From NCBI GenBank assembly GCA_050246755.1, contig JBFWVL010000005.1, positions 193,076 through 257,075 on the forward strand: a DNA stretch of 64,000 bases. The letters are read 5' to 3'. The stretch is from Bacteriovoracia bacterium. GTDB taxonomy: Bacteria; Bdellovibrionota; UBA1018; CAIPTA01. The translations under genes were made by a program, and so were the position numbers. The notes beneath the pieces were generated by a model. The model worked only from the letters and a program-made list of their open reading frames with translations. It was not told the DNA's origin and did no database searches. Of the stretch, positions 1-9,203 are shown piece after piece; position 1 is the stretch's first letter; each line of letters opens with the position of its first letter.

Positions 1-1387
1 AGGGTCGGATTTTCTTTCCATCGTCTACGAGACGTTCAGTTGCACGAACGAGTTTGTAATCCAACAGACCCTCAAAGAGGGAGCCAAGGTGATCCGGTGA
101 TAATCTTTTGTAGTCGATGAATTTTAGATCGCCACCTTCATCATAGGCACATGCTAGTTCTACAATTGCGGGATTCAGTGCAGAATCTGGAATCGTATGG
201 CGCTTGAAGTAGTCTTTTGAGCCAGACGAAAACACCTCAGACCCTAAAGTGAAGACGCCAATGGATTTGTCGCCCTTTTCAAGGAGCGCCATCAGTTCGG
301 AAATGTGTTGGTAGGATTTGTTTTGTGCCGACCACTTACGGCCAATCTCAAAATCCTTCTTTAGATCAAGTGCCAAACTTCTAAGCGAAGATGGGTAGAA
401 GTCTGAAAGATCGTTTACATCGAAGATTCCCTTCGCTTCAGCATTCAAAATGAACATCAATCGAAAGAGGTAGTACAGACTGTGCTGATAGATTTCGTTT
501 AAATTTTCGTCGGAGAGATCAGAATACTGCGTAGCGAATCCACGACAGATCGTCTGAGTAATTCGAAAGGCGCGGTGTCGAAGCTGGGTTTCAACTTCCT
601 TCGCATATTGTTCGCCTGATTTGTAGACGACATCCAAGAATGACTGACTGCTTGGGCCTTTTGAGAGGAATGCCTCTTTGCGGAAGAAGTTGAAGAAGTA
701 TTTGAATCGTTCGTCGTCGCGAGTTGCTAGAGCTTTTCGAATATTGATTTCAAAAAACGTCGAGAACTTTGACTCTGAATTTAGGGAATAGATGCGCCAA
801 TACTCGCCGTCAGTGAGTATGCCCCAAGTTTTTCCGGTGTCTTCCATGTACCGAATGATTTGATAGCTAGGGTTGCTGTTGGTTCTGCCTGTGCCGTCGA
901 GGTTAACGCCCATCGCTTTGGCGTCGGCGACAGCAAGAACGTGCTTGAAGTATGCGGCATCATTTTTCGCACTTTTGCCGTGAATGTAAGATTTGTCGTC
1001 TGCGAAAAGGGAGTAATCTGGAATCTGCGTCTTGCCGCGTTTCTTCATTCGGTCTTGAACTTCATAGGTCCAGCCGAGACGCTTGAATATCGGGCGAATC
1101 CACTTGTCTTCCAGTTGCGCCTCATCGAGGTCTTTGTATATGTCTTTGTACTCGTCCCAGGTTGAAAGCATCCATTCGTAGCATTCAGAGAACTCGGGCA
1201 GCGCCTCTGTCTCCCAATGCTCTAGGACGTAGGCGTCTTTCTTCTCTTCCGGAAGACGATGCAAAAGATAGTTTTCTGAGAACAGGCCATTGTTATTGAA
1301 ATAGAGTCCCGTGCCATCAGGTCGAACTTCTTGTTTCGCTGAAGCTAAGGTTTCCACGCTTTTGAATTTGCTCGAATATGCAGTCAT
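1..1387 (-). CDS. Type IIG (Eco57I-like) restriction-modification enzyme, N-terminal ~462 aa, runs off the window edge
   Basis: Not in the ORF track; translated manually from ATG at 1387, open to position 2: MTAYSSKF...PDYSLF...VADAK (PD-(D/E)xK), NPSYQIIRYM..TGKTWGILTDGEYWRIY, YYLFRLMFILNAEAKG, IDYKRLSPDHLGSLFEGLL. Confidence 0.85.
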   Translation of the reverse strand, partial: MTAYSSKFKSVETLASAKQEVRPDGTGLYFNNNGLFSENYLLHRLPEEKKDAYVLEHWETEALPEFSECYEWMLSTWDEYKDIYKDLDEAQLEDKWIRPIFKRLGWTYEVQDRMKKRGKTQIPDYSLFADDKSYIHGKSAKNDAAYFKHVLAVADAKAMGVNLDGTGRTNSNPSYQIIRYMEDTGKTWGILTDGEYWRIYSLNSESKFSTFFEINIRKALATRDDERFKYFFNFFRKEAFLSKGPSSQSFLDVVYKSGEQYAKEVETQLRHRAFRITQTICRGFATQYSDLSDENLNEIYQHSLYYLFRLMFILNAEAKGIFDVNDLSDFYPSSLRSLALDLKKDFEIGRKWSAQNKSYQHISELMALLEKGDKSIGVFTLGSEVFSSGSKDYFKRHTIPDSALNPAIVELACAYDEGGDLKFIDYKRLSPDHLGSLFEGLLDYKLVRATERLVDDGKKIRP

Positions 1388-1394
1388 GTTTGCC

Positions 1395-1676
1395 TCACGC
1401 TGCCGATTCGGCGGAATTGGAAAGCTTCGAGCTCTCGAAAGTTTTCTTCGCTTTGGAAATTGATTCGCCAGGGACTAAGGCGACCGATTTTGCACACTTC
1501 GCATGAGTGATTTCTTCGTTCATTGTGAATTGGACGAAGCGACCTTCGAGCGTTTTAAAGCGGGCGTGATCGGGAAAAACCGAGGCGTTGAAATAGAATT
1601 CGCATCCTTGGTTGTCGGTAATAACGCCTTCTTTGTCTCGGCGATCCCACCATAAAATCTTTCCTAGTTGCTTCAT
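1395..1676 (-). CDS. Cold-shock-domain (OB-fold) protein
   Basis: MKQLGKILWWDRRDKEGVI..EFYFNAS..LEGRFVQF follows the CSD strand pattern; GGAGG SD before ATG at 1676. Confidence 0.7.
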   Translation of the reverse strand: MKQLGKILWWDRRDKEGVITDNQGCEFYFNASVFPDHARFKTLEGRFVQFTMNEEITHAKCAKSVALVPGESISKAKKTFESSKLSNSAESAA

Positions 1677-1993
1677 CTGCCCTCCCTGGAACTTCAATTT
1701 GTGAAGCTCGATATGGAGACCTATCGGCAGATTGGAAAATCTCTTAACGGCTTGGAATGATTTGAATTTTCCGTGTCAAAGACCTCCCGCTGAACGGCCT
1801 GCTTCGGGAGATTTCTTCTTTTTATTCGTGTAGTTAGGACCGAAGAAACTGAGCGAATGAGTTTCGAATAGCGGCCATTGTCAGGCTTTTTGTCCAGCGC
1901 TAGATCGTCGGTACTGAAAAATTAATTACGGTAACGCGTAGTCATACACTGCAATCGCAAACTTCTACGAGCCGATCTAAGAGACGTCCTGTA

Positions 1994-2626
1994 TTAGAAT
2001 CCATCCTTTAGGAAAAACTCGACTCGGCTCTTTAGCTGAGTGTCCTTTCGGTACTCATCCAAGAAGCCGTACTTGTTCAGCAGCGGCCAAGCCAATTTCC
2101 AAGTTTCTTTTATGGTAGCCGGGTCTCTCCCGCGATTGCTCCGAGGAATCATGGTTTCCACGAAGAGGTAGCACACCGCGATTTTCAGAAATTGCTTTTC
2201 GTTCTTCGGAACGTCGTGCGAGCTCGAAATCTTACTTTTCAAGTGACGAAAAAAATCTTCAGCAGTCCATTTTTCAAAAGGACTCCGAGGCGGCTCGAAT
2301 TTTCGCGCAGGCGCTTCCCACTTTTTCTCAGGGACATACTTCGGGTCGCTCACTCCAATAAAGGAAATGATTTCCGGCCAAATTGCGTGATCGAGACGGG
2401 CTTGTTCGAACAGCCCACAGCCGCGTGTCTCGCTTTCAAATTCAGCCCATCGTTCCCTTATCAGCTTTTCGTCGTGCTTCCGGTCGCGGTCGCAAAGCGA
2501 CTGGGTTTTAAAGTAATTGAGGCGATGGACAAGGTTCTCTTTAAAGGACCGAGGCACGGCTAGCTTTTCGCAACTGGAGATCATGCGGTCGAACGCCTGA
2601 CTTGCGTGCATGAACTTGCGTACCAT
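1994..2626 (-). CDS. Hypothetical protein
   Basis: 210-aa ORF with GAGG upstream; no motif recognised. Confidence 0.6.
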   Translation of the reverse strand: MVRKFMHASQAFDRMISSCEKLAVPRSFKENLVHRLNYFKTQSLCDRDRKHDEKLIRERWAEFESETRGCGLFEQARLDHAIWPEIISFIGVSDPKYVPEKKWEAPARKFEPPRSPFEKWTAEDFFRHLKSKISSSHDVPKNEKQFLKIAVCYLFVETMIPRSNRGRDPATIKETWKLAWPLLNKYGFLDEYRKDTQLKSRVEFFLKDGF

Positions 2627-2791
2627 AGATGCCTCGGCGGGATTTTGGCGCCGCGCGCCAGAGCGTGACCAGTTTCCCGAATAGCGTGTAAGTTATGTGT
2701 AAGTCAACGAGCGCGAGGTCTAGCCGCGCCGCCTTGGCCTCAGAGCGGCTCATCTGGTAGAAGTGAGGCGTCATGAACACCGGAGATTGCC

Positions 2792-3751
2792 ATGTGTTAT
2801 TCAACGATGGTCGAGCGAGACATTCGAAAACTTGAACGCCAATACGGCGCAAAGATCGCTTACGATTCTTTTCGAGAAATCTATCAGATGCGCGGAATGA
2901 ATCGCGATCTGAGGATTCCTAAAGGCCTAGACGCTTTTTTTCAAAACATTGAATCGCCGGTCTCGGATGAAATTCGCAACCTCATCGTGGAGCACGAAAA
3001 ATATGTGGCCGAGAAGCGAAAATCAGAAATTGCAGCAACCGAAAAAGAAATTCAAGAGCTCGAATCCAAAATAAAAAAGAAACCCACCAAGACAGCCGAA
3101 AAAGACCTTGGTGTGAAAACGCGAAAACTAGAATCCTTATTAAAAAAGAACGCGGCATCCGAGTTGCCAAAAATCTCCAATAGCCTTCAGGGGACTTATC
3201 GAATTTATCCTTTCGACTTCGTGCCCGTAGTTCAACTCGAAAACGGAAAACGAATCGTTCGGCCCATGCGATACCGTGTTCTACCAAAATCGGGTGTTGA
3301 AATTCCAAGCAAGTACAATCTTTTTAACGCCAGAAGGGATTCGATTTTTCACGAAACGAAACCTGGGGAGCGCGACAAAATTTGGAAATCTATGATTGGA
3401 GAGACTCATGCTGTTTTCCCCTTCGTTCGATTCTACGAATGGGTTGAAGGAGAAAACGGAAAGAGCGTAGAAATTTTCTTTACTGCCAAGGGCTTTGATT
3501 CAATGTGGTCAGCAGCGCTCTTCGAGGAAACAAAGACTCCCTATGGTCTCGTGCGCTCCTTCGCAATGGTCACGGACGATCCTCCACCCGAAGTCAGGGC
3601 TGCCGGCCACGATCGTTGTCCGGTATTTCTTCAGCCCGACGCGGTTGACTTGTGGCTCGATCCCGATGGAAAGACTCTCAAGCAGTTGGAGGCGCTTCTC
3701 GATAAAAAACAGGATACCTACTTCAATCACGAAGTCGCGGTGGCTGCATGA
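2792..3751 (+). CDS. SOS response-associated peptidase (SRAP/YedK/HMCES family), long form with coiled-coil insert
   Basis: N-terminal MC (Cys2), FNARRD, FYEW and GHDRCP motifs. Confidence 0.9.
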   Translation: MCYSTMVERDIRKLERQYGAKIAYDSFREIYQMRGMNRDLRIPKGLDAFFQNIESPVSDEIRNLIVEHEKYVAEKRKSEIAATEKEIQELESKIKKKPTKTAEKDLGVKTRKLESLLKKNAASELPKISNSLQGTYRIYPFDFVPVVQLENGKRIVRPMRYRVLPKSGVEIPSKYNLFNARRDSIFHETKPGERDKIWKSMIGETHAVFPFVRFYEWVEGENGKSVEIFFTAKGFDSMWSAALFEETKTPYGLVRSFAMVTDDPPPEVRAAGHDRCPVFLQPDAVDLWLDPDGKTLKQLEALLDKKQDTYFNHEVAVAA

Positions 3752-4533
3752 AATATGCTGTGACTCAGGGGCAACGAGGAGAAGCCGAGCCTGGCCTTAC
3801 GGGCGCGTGCCCTAGCTGCGGCCACGCAATGATTGCGAAGTGCGGAGAATTGAAAATTTGGCATTGGGCTCATTCTGGAAAGCGCATCTGTGACCCTTGG
3901 TGGGAAAACGAAACGGAATGGCACCGAAAATGGAAAGCTCACTTTCCGAAAGATTGGCAGGAATTCGTTCAGCGTGCAGAAGATGGCGAAAAACACATTG
4001 CCGACGTAAAGACCGAACAAGGTTATGTAATTGAATTTCAACACTCTCACATAAAACCAGAAGAGCGACAGGCACGCGAAGACTTTTACAAAAAAATGCT
4101 TTGGATTGTCGATGGAACAAGGCGCGTGAGGGACAAAGATAAATTTCTCGACGGTTGTGAATTTGCCGGTCGGATCGACGGAAGAGATGACCTTCGCGCC
4201 TCGCCTGGTGGTGGCGCATTGCTAAGAGATTGGGGCGATAGGACTGTTCCCGTTCTTTTCGATTTTGGTGACGATCATTTATGGGGTCTGTTACCGAAAA
4301 CGCAAGAAGGCAGAGAGTATGGATTCAGGGTCGAACGTAACGCCGTTATTGAGGCTCTTCATCCGTCCGCTGAATCGAAATCCAGCTTTGACGGATTGTT
4401 AAGGGGCTTCATCGGAACAATCTCGGCGCATGAATGGCATCTTAAGCTGATGAGAGAGAGATCATTCCGCGATCCACTTCAGGGATTTCATCTTCCAAAC
4501 AACAGGTATTCTTCTCGTCGCCGATCATTTTAG
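3748..4533 (+). CDS. CoiA-like nuclease
   Basis: CPSC..KCG..HWAH..CD..ETEWH zinc motif, then HIADV..IEFQHS nuclease motif; ATGA overlap with SRAP. Confidence 0.85.
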   Translation: MKYAVTQGQRGEAEPGLTGACPSCGHAMIAKCGELKIWHWAHSGKRICDPWWENETEWHRKWKAHFPKDWQEFVQRAEDGEKHIADVKTEQGYVIEFQHSHIKPEERQAREDFYKKMLWIVDGTRRVRDKDKFLDGCEFAGRIDGRDDLRASPGGGALLRDWGDRTVPVLFDFGDDHLWGLLPKTQEGREYGFRVERNAVIEALHPSAESKSSFDGLLRGFIGTISAHEWHLKLMRERSFRDPLQGFHLPNNRYSSRRRSF

Positions 4534-4569
4534 ATTCATGTGAAAACGCCCATCCGTGGGCAGCCACTC

Positions 4570-4902
4570 TTACGAGTGGCGTTTAATCGCATAGGCGATC
4601 AATTGAATCGCTCCAACAACCAGAGCGACAATCCAAGTGCGTTTCATCCCGAGCACCATTCGGTAGTCCTTCATCTGAAGACGAAGATTCATTTCGATTG
4701 TTATGTAGTTTGAGTTTTGGTCCATGAACGATCTCCTTTTGCCCTGCAAGCCGGGAGGCCCTTTGAAGGAGATCGGCTCAGGGGCCAAACGCTCTTCAAG
4801 CGATTTTCGTTCGTCTGGATCAGGAAACCGATTTGCCTGATACGTCGTGATGATTTCGGTGCCGCGCGATTCGTTGAGGAATTTCAGTCTTGATGGCGTC
4901 AC
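4570..4902 (-). CDS. Small membrane protein (true start probably the internal MDQNSN)
   Basis: C-terminal hydrophobic helix; AGGAG precedes the internal ATG. Confidence 0.4.
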   Translation of the reverse strand: MTPSRLKFLNESRGTEIITTYQANRFPDPDERKSLEERLAPEPISFKGPPGLQGKRRSFMDQNSNYITIEMNLRLQMKDYRMVLGMKRTWIVALVVGAIQLIAYAIKRHS

Positions 4903-5138
4903 GCGGGAAAATTTGCTTTTTCAATTCTCCTTTGCCGTTTGTCGGTCGCTACGGGCGTCAGCTCTGATCCGCGCCTGCGCTCGGCTGCGCCATCCACTTC
5001 GTTCCTGTCACACCCGACGCCGCGAGTACGCTTACGTCGCGGGATCTGCCGCCCTTCGCTCCCTGGCTTGCACCATTGGGGCCTGATTCACTTTGTGAAG
5101 GCCCCAAATGGTTGGAGCCCAAACTAACGGAGAAAATT

Positions 5139-5387
5139 ATGAAAAACCAAATCAACACCAGCGTGAAACTGTCCCAAGACAAGAAGACCATCATCGTATC
5201 TAAAGGCGGCGTGCCCGCATTCATCAGCGTCAACCTCATCAAGCACATGCTTGATATTCCCTACACAAAGAAAGACGGAACGAAGGTGTCGGTAGAAGAG
5301 ATTCAAGCCATGAAGCAAATGGCCTCTAGCGCCTACGCAGAAGCCGTAGTGAGAAATTCCCAGGCTCTTGCAGCCGCTGGAGCGTAA
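5139..5387 (+). CDS. Small hypothetical protein
   Basis: GGAG SD, ATG at 5139, followed by a terminator. Confidence 0.7.
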   Translation: MKNQINTSVKLSQDKKTIIVSKGGVPAFISVNLIKHMLDIPYTKKDGTKVSVEEIQAMKQMASSAYAEAVVRNSQALAAAGA

Positions 5388-5399
5388 TGGCTCCTTCAG

Positions 5400-5433
5400 G
5401 CTCCGTAGGTCTCACGACCTGCGGAGCTTTTTT
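5400..5433 (+). terminator. Intrinsic terminator
   Basis: GCTCCGTAGGTC-TCAC-GACCTGCGGAGC then TTTTTT. Confidence 0.85.
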
Positions 5434-5713
5434 ATTTCATTAAAGGTCAAGGGCGCGTCCCTGCGCCCTTGTTTGAAGAATATTGGTCGAATCTGTCACG
5501 CCTTGCATTTTCGCCCGCTTTTTTCAGAGCCTCGCGCCAACTTCGTTGTCACTCCCATCTGAAACGGCCTTCGGCCTAAAAAGCGTTCGAGCAAGACGCG
5601 CCAGAATTCTCCTTATTTTTTCCCCCTCACCCCTACGGGGGCGAATGGTGCGGGGGAAAAAATGTTTTTTTAGGGAGCAATCCAGTTCCCGGAAACATCG
5701 AGGAGAACAGACC

Positions 5714-6241
5714 ATGAACACGATCAGAATTTACGTTGCTTGCCTTGCTTCCTATAATGCCGGAACTCTTTTCGGAAAATGGATTGATGCGAACCAATCC
5801 GCCGAAGAAATTCACGCCGATATTTCGGCGATGCTTCGGGGGTCGCCCGAAGCGGGAGCCGAAGAGTGGGCCGTCCACGATTACGAAGGCTTTGGGGAAA
5901 TTTCCTTAAGCGAATGGCCGGACATTTTCCGAGTCTCTACGCTTGCGAGACTACTCGAAGAGCACGGAGACGCATTTTCTCTTTGGTACACGAACCAGGA
6001 CGGTCAGAACGTGGACTTAGAAGAAGTAGAGGAAAAATTCTTGGAGCAATGGCAGGGCGCTCACGACTCGAAAGAGGCCTTTGCGGATTACTTGCTTGAT
6101 TCTACCGGGCAGCTTTCGGAGTTGCCGGAGTTCGCGCGCCGCTACTTCAATTTTGAATCCTACGCCCGCGATCTTGAATTGAGCGGCGATTACTCTTTTG
6201 TGCGTGCGAATGGGCAGGTTTACGCCTTTTCGAGCCACTAG
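5714..6241 (+). CDS. ardA: Antirestriction protein ArdA
   Basis: IYVACLASYNAGTLFGKWID, EEWAVHDYEGF, YFNFESYARDL; very acidic; GAGGAG SD before ATG at 5714. Confidence 0.93.
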   Translation: MNTIRIYVACLASYNAGTLFGKWIDANQSAEEIHADISAMLRGSPEAGAEEWAVHDYEGFGEISLSEWPDIFRVSTLARLLEEHGDAFSLWYTNQDGQNVDLEEVEEKFLEQWQGAHDSKEAFADYLLDSTGQLSELPEFARRYFNFESYARDLELSGDYSFVRANGQVYAFSSH

Positions 6242-6258
6242 ACAGCCAATTGCGGATT

Positions 6259-6302
6259 GCATGGAAAGTAACATTTTACTTCAGAAATGTTGCTTTTCAT
6301 GC
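6259..6302. promoter_or_regulatory. 18-bp inverted repeat, probable AbiEi operator
   Basis: GCATGGAAAGTAACATTT-N8-AAATGTTGCTTTTCATGC (16/18 paired) directly upstream of the antitoxin start. Confidence 0.75.
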
Positions 6303-6314
6303 GATACTCTCTTT

Positions 6315-6887
6315 ATGACAGGCAACCAAGCCGCGAGCCTTAAAAAGCTCGGGATATTCAATTTAAACCAGGCCAAACGGCTGGGCTTTGACCAGCCAAC
6401 CGTTTCACGCCTCGTCAAAGCAGGTGAACTTAACCGCGTCGGGCGCGGCCTCTATATGCACCCGAAAGCGCCCGTAGGCCGCGAATTCGGCTTTCAACTC
6501 GCGTGCGCCAAGTTCGGCCCCGAAGCCGCAGTCGGAGGGCTTTCGGCGCTCTTTTACTACAACCTAATTGAGCAGGTACCACAGCAGACGTGGGTTCTCG
6601 TTCCCCCAAGCACCGTTTCAAGGGAGCGGGGCTACCGCCTGATGAGAACAAAGACCGACCTAAACGCTTTTATTCTCTCCAAAGATAGCTACCGGATCGT
6701 CACCATTGAGCGCGCCATTGTCGAGGGCCTCAGATTTGCCACAAAGATCGGCGAACGAACCGCAATCGGAGCCGCCAAGCGCGCAATCTCCCAAAAACTT
6801 ACGACGATGCAAAAAATTGGAAAAGCAGCCAAGGACCTTGGACTAACGGCGGCTGTTGATAATTTTTTTGAGGCGATAGTCGCATGA
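6315..6887 (+). CDS. abiEi: Type IV toxin-antitoxin antitoxin AbiEi
   Basis: N-terminal wHTH (RLVKAGELNRVGRGLY), SALFYYNL, TIERAIVE; coupled to AbiEii. Confidence 0.85.
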   Translation: MTGNQAASLKKLGIFNLNQAKRLGFDQPTVSRLVKAGELNRVGRGLYMHPKAPVGREFGFQLACAKFGPEAAVGGLSALFYYNLIEQVPQQTWVLVPPSTVSRERGYRLMRTKTDLNAFILSKDSYRIVTIERAIVEGLRFATKIGERTAIGAAKRAISQKLTTMQKIGKAAKDLGLTAAVDNFFEAIVA

Positions 6888-7726
6888 GTATGAAATCGAA
6901 AGGCGACTCCATCCGGCAACGACTCGCAAACCTTAGCGCACAAAGGAAGGTGCAGTTTTCAAATCTCGAAACCGCATTTCTGCTCGAACGCTTGGTTGCC
7001 CGCATCGTCGCAACGCCGTCACTCCAGTCTGCAATTGTTTTTAAAGGTGGCTTCGTAAGCCTCACGGTTTATGACTCTCCTAGATACACAATTGATCTCG
7101 ATGCACTCCTCGTAAAGTCGAACCTCGAAAAAACTCTCACTGAAGTTAAGTCGGCGGCGGAGACTGACATTTCTGATGGCGTTTGGTTTCACTTTGAAAG
7201 TCAAATTGATCTCAAAACCCAAGGCGAATATGGCGGCGTCAGGCAGGTCTATCGCGCAGGACTTGGCGAAAAATTAAAGAATCTTTCCAAGGCTCAGGTT
7301 ATCAACTTCGATTTAGGAATTGGCGATCCCGTTACGCCGGGACCGCGCAAATTGAAAATCAAGTCGCTACTTTCTGATGAGGAATTGAGCTGGAGTGTCT
7401 ATCCAGTTGAGACAATCATTGCTGAGAAGATTCATGCTCTGATTGCAAACGGTGATTTCAATTCGCGCTCTAAAGATGTTTACGACCTGAGTATTTTTTT
7501 GGACGCCGCCGACCCGAAGATTTTGGCTGGCGCGATTCAAAAAACATTCAAATTTCGTGAGACACAAGTGCCAAAGTCCATTGCTGTAGACCTTCTTGCT
7601 TTGCGAACGGATCGCCTCGAAAAAGGCTGGAAGTCTGCGACAGCCTCGGTAGCCAATGCGCCAAGTTTCCTGGACGCCCTTCATTCTGTAATTTCAAAGA
7701 TTCGTCAGATAGAAGCTAAGTTTTAA
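6884..7726 (+). CDS. abiEii: Type IV toxin AbiEii nucleotidyltransferase
   Basis: FKGG, RYTIDLD, ETIIAEKIHA, SRSKDVYDL motifs. Confidence 0.92.
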   Translation: MSMKSKGDSIRQRLANLSAQRKVQFSNLETAFLLERLVARIVATPSLQSAIVFKGGFVSLTVYDSPRYTIDLDALLVKSNLEKTLTEVKSAAETDISDGVWFHFESQIDLKTQGEYGGVRQVYRAGLGEKLKNLSKAQVINFDLGIGDPVTPGPRKLKIKSLLSDEELSWSVYPVETIIAEKIHALIANGDFNSRSKDVYDLSIFLDAADPKILAGAIQKTFKFRETQVPKSIAVDLLALRTDRLEKGWKSATASVANAPSFLDALHSVISKIRQIEAKF

Positions 7727-7783
7727 GCTGCATTCGAATCGGCGAAACGCGCCACAGCTCTGCGCGTTCCGCCGCACTTTTCT

Positions 7784-8149
7784 TCACGCAACAGCAGCGA
7801 CTTGCATCTTGCTTTGCTCGGTCAAGAACTCCGCAAATTCAGCGGACATCATAAAACCCGTGAATTCATCTTTAGAGATTGCGCCACGAGCTGCGATGTA
7901 CTTTTGGCGCAGAATCTCCTTTCGATCTTCGTTCGTTAGGGAGTCTTCCTGTAGCGTTCTGATTTGCTCTTGCTGAATGAGTGCGAGGCCCGCTTGCAGC
8001 ACTTCGTCCAATTTAATTTTGCGTCCGGTCTCTTTGTCGTTAGCAGTTTTCAAAATTCCTTCTGCTAATTTTCTCGTTTCACTTGAGACACGAACGGAAC
8101 ACCAGAGTTTCACTTTTCGTTTTTCGGAATGTAACTTTTTGCTCGACAT
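7784..8149 (-). CDS. Hypothetical protein, possibly ribbon-helix-helix-like
   Basis: AAGGAG SD; SVRVSSETRK strand-helix start. Confidence 0.6.
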   Translation of the reverse strand: MSSKKLHSEKRKVKLWCSVRVSSETRKLAEGILKTANDKETGRKIKLDEVLQAGLALIQQEQIRTLQEDSLTNEDRKEILRQKYIAARGAISKDEFTGFMMSAEFAEFLTEQSKMQVAAVA

Positions 8150-8297
8150 AACTTGCTCCTTCGGTTTTTGCGTTTGTCCCGAAGTTCAGTGGCAAAGTTA
8201 ATACGGCTGTCTGTGCAAAACGCTGCTGGTTTTGGAACACCATAACCAGAGCTTGTTTGGTTCAAAGGAAGCCCCCGCACCGCCGTTTACCGATGTT

Positions 8298-8379
8298 GGC
8301 AGCCAAGCGAATTCTTGGAAGACAACTGGTAGCCAGAGCGGCAGCCACCATAGGTGACTGAGAGTGACTTAAAGTGACT
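8298..8379. repeat. Short direct repeats near the att site
   Basis: GG(C/T)AGCCA at 8298, 8328, 8340; GTGACT at 8354, 8364, 8374. Confidence 0.6.
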
Positions 8380-8470
8380 GATGAAAGACCCAGATCAATT
8401 ATAGGACCTGTAGGAGTCTTTAGTGTTTTCGTGATGTTGGAAAAGGCCTGGTCTTTTCTCAACTGAAGAA

Positions 8471-8547
<77 letters not shown>

Positions 8548-8691
8548 TCAATTTGTGTTCCGAATAGACCACGTTTCGTATCGTGAAGTCAACCGAGGAA
8601 ACGCCCCGAGATTTTCCCTTGAGGAAAGCCAATGTTGCGCCGCGTCTTTTGCTCTATTGCCCGAATAGAAAAATCCGCTTAAGGTGATCCC

Positions 8692-9201
<510 letters not shown>

Positions 9202-9203
9202 GC

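Larger units (their letters stand above)
1..8470. mobile_element. Right-hand part of a genomic island/ICE integrated at the 3' end of tRNA-fMet (integrase and other end outside the window)
   Basis: Abuts the CCA end of the minus-strand tRNA at 8471; accessory content (RM, ArdA, AbiE, SRAP, CoiA-like); short tandem repeats at 8298-8379 resemble att-arm sites; core genes begin on the other side of the tRNA. Confidence 0.75.

Noticed and set aside
5483-5713. Track's N-terminal extension of ArdA
   Set aside because: ArdA similarity and a strong SD start at 5714; the upstream region is hairpin-rich and looks non-coding.
7784-8149. Possible homology with the ICE protein at 45495-45842
   Set aside because: Only similar size and predicted strand-helix layout; no convincing sequence identity by eye.
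8229-8267. GTTTTGGAACACCAT... resembles a type II CRISPR repeat
   Set aside because: Single, loosely similar copy; no array or cas gene in the window.
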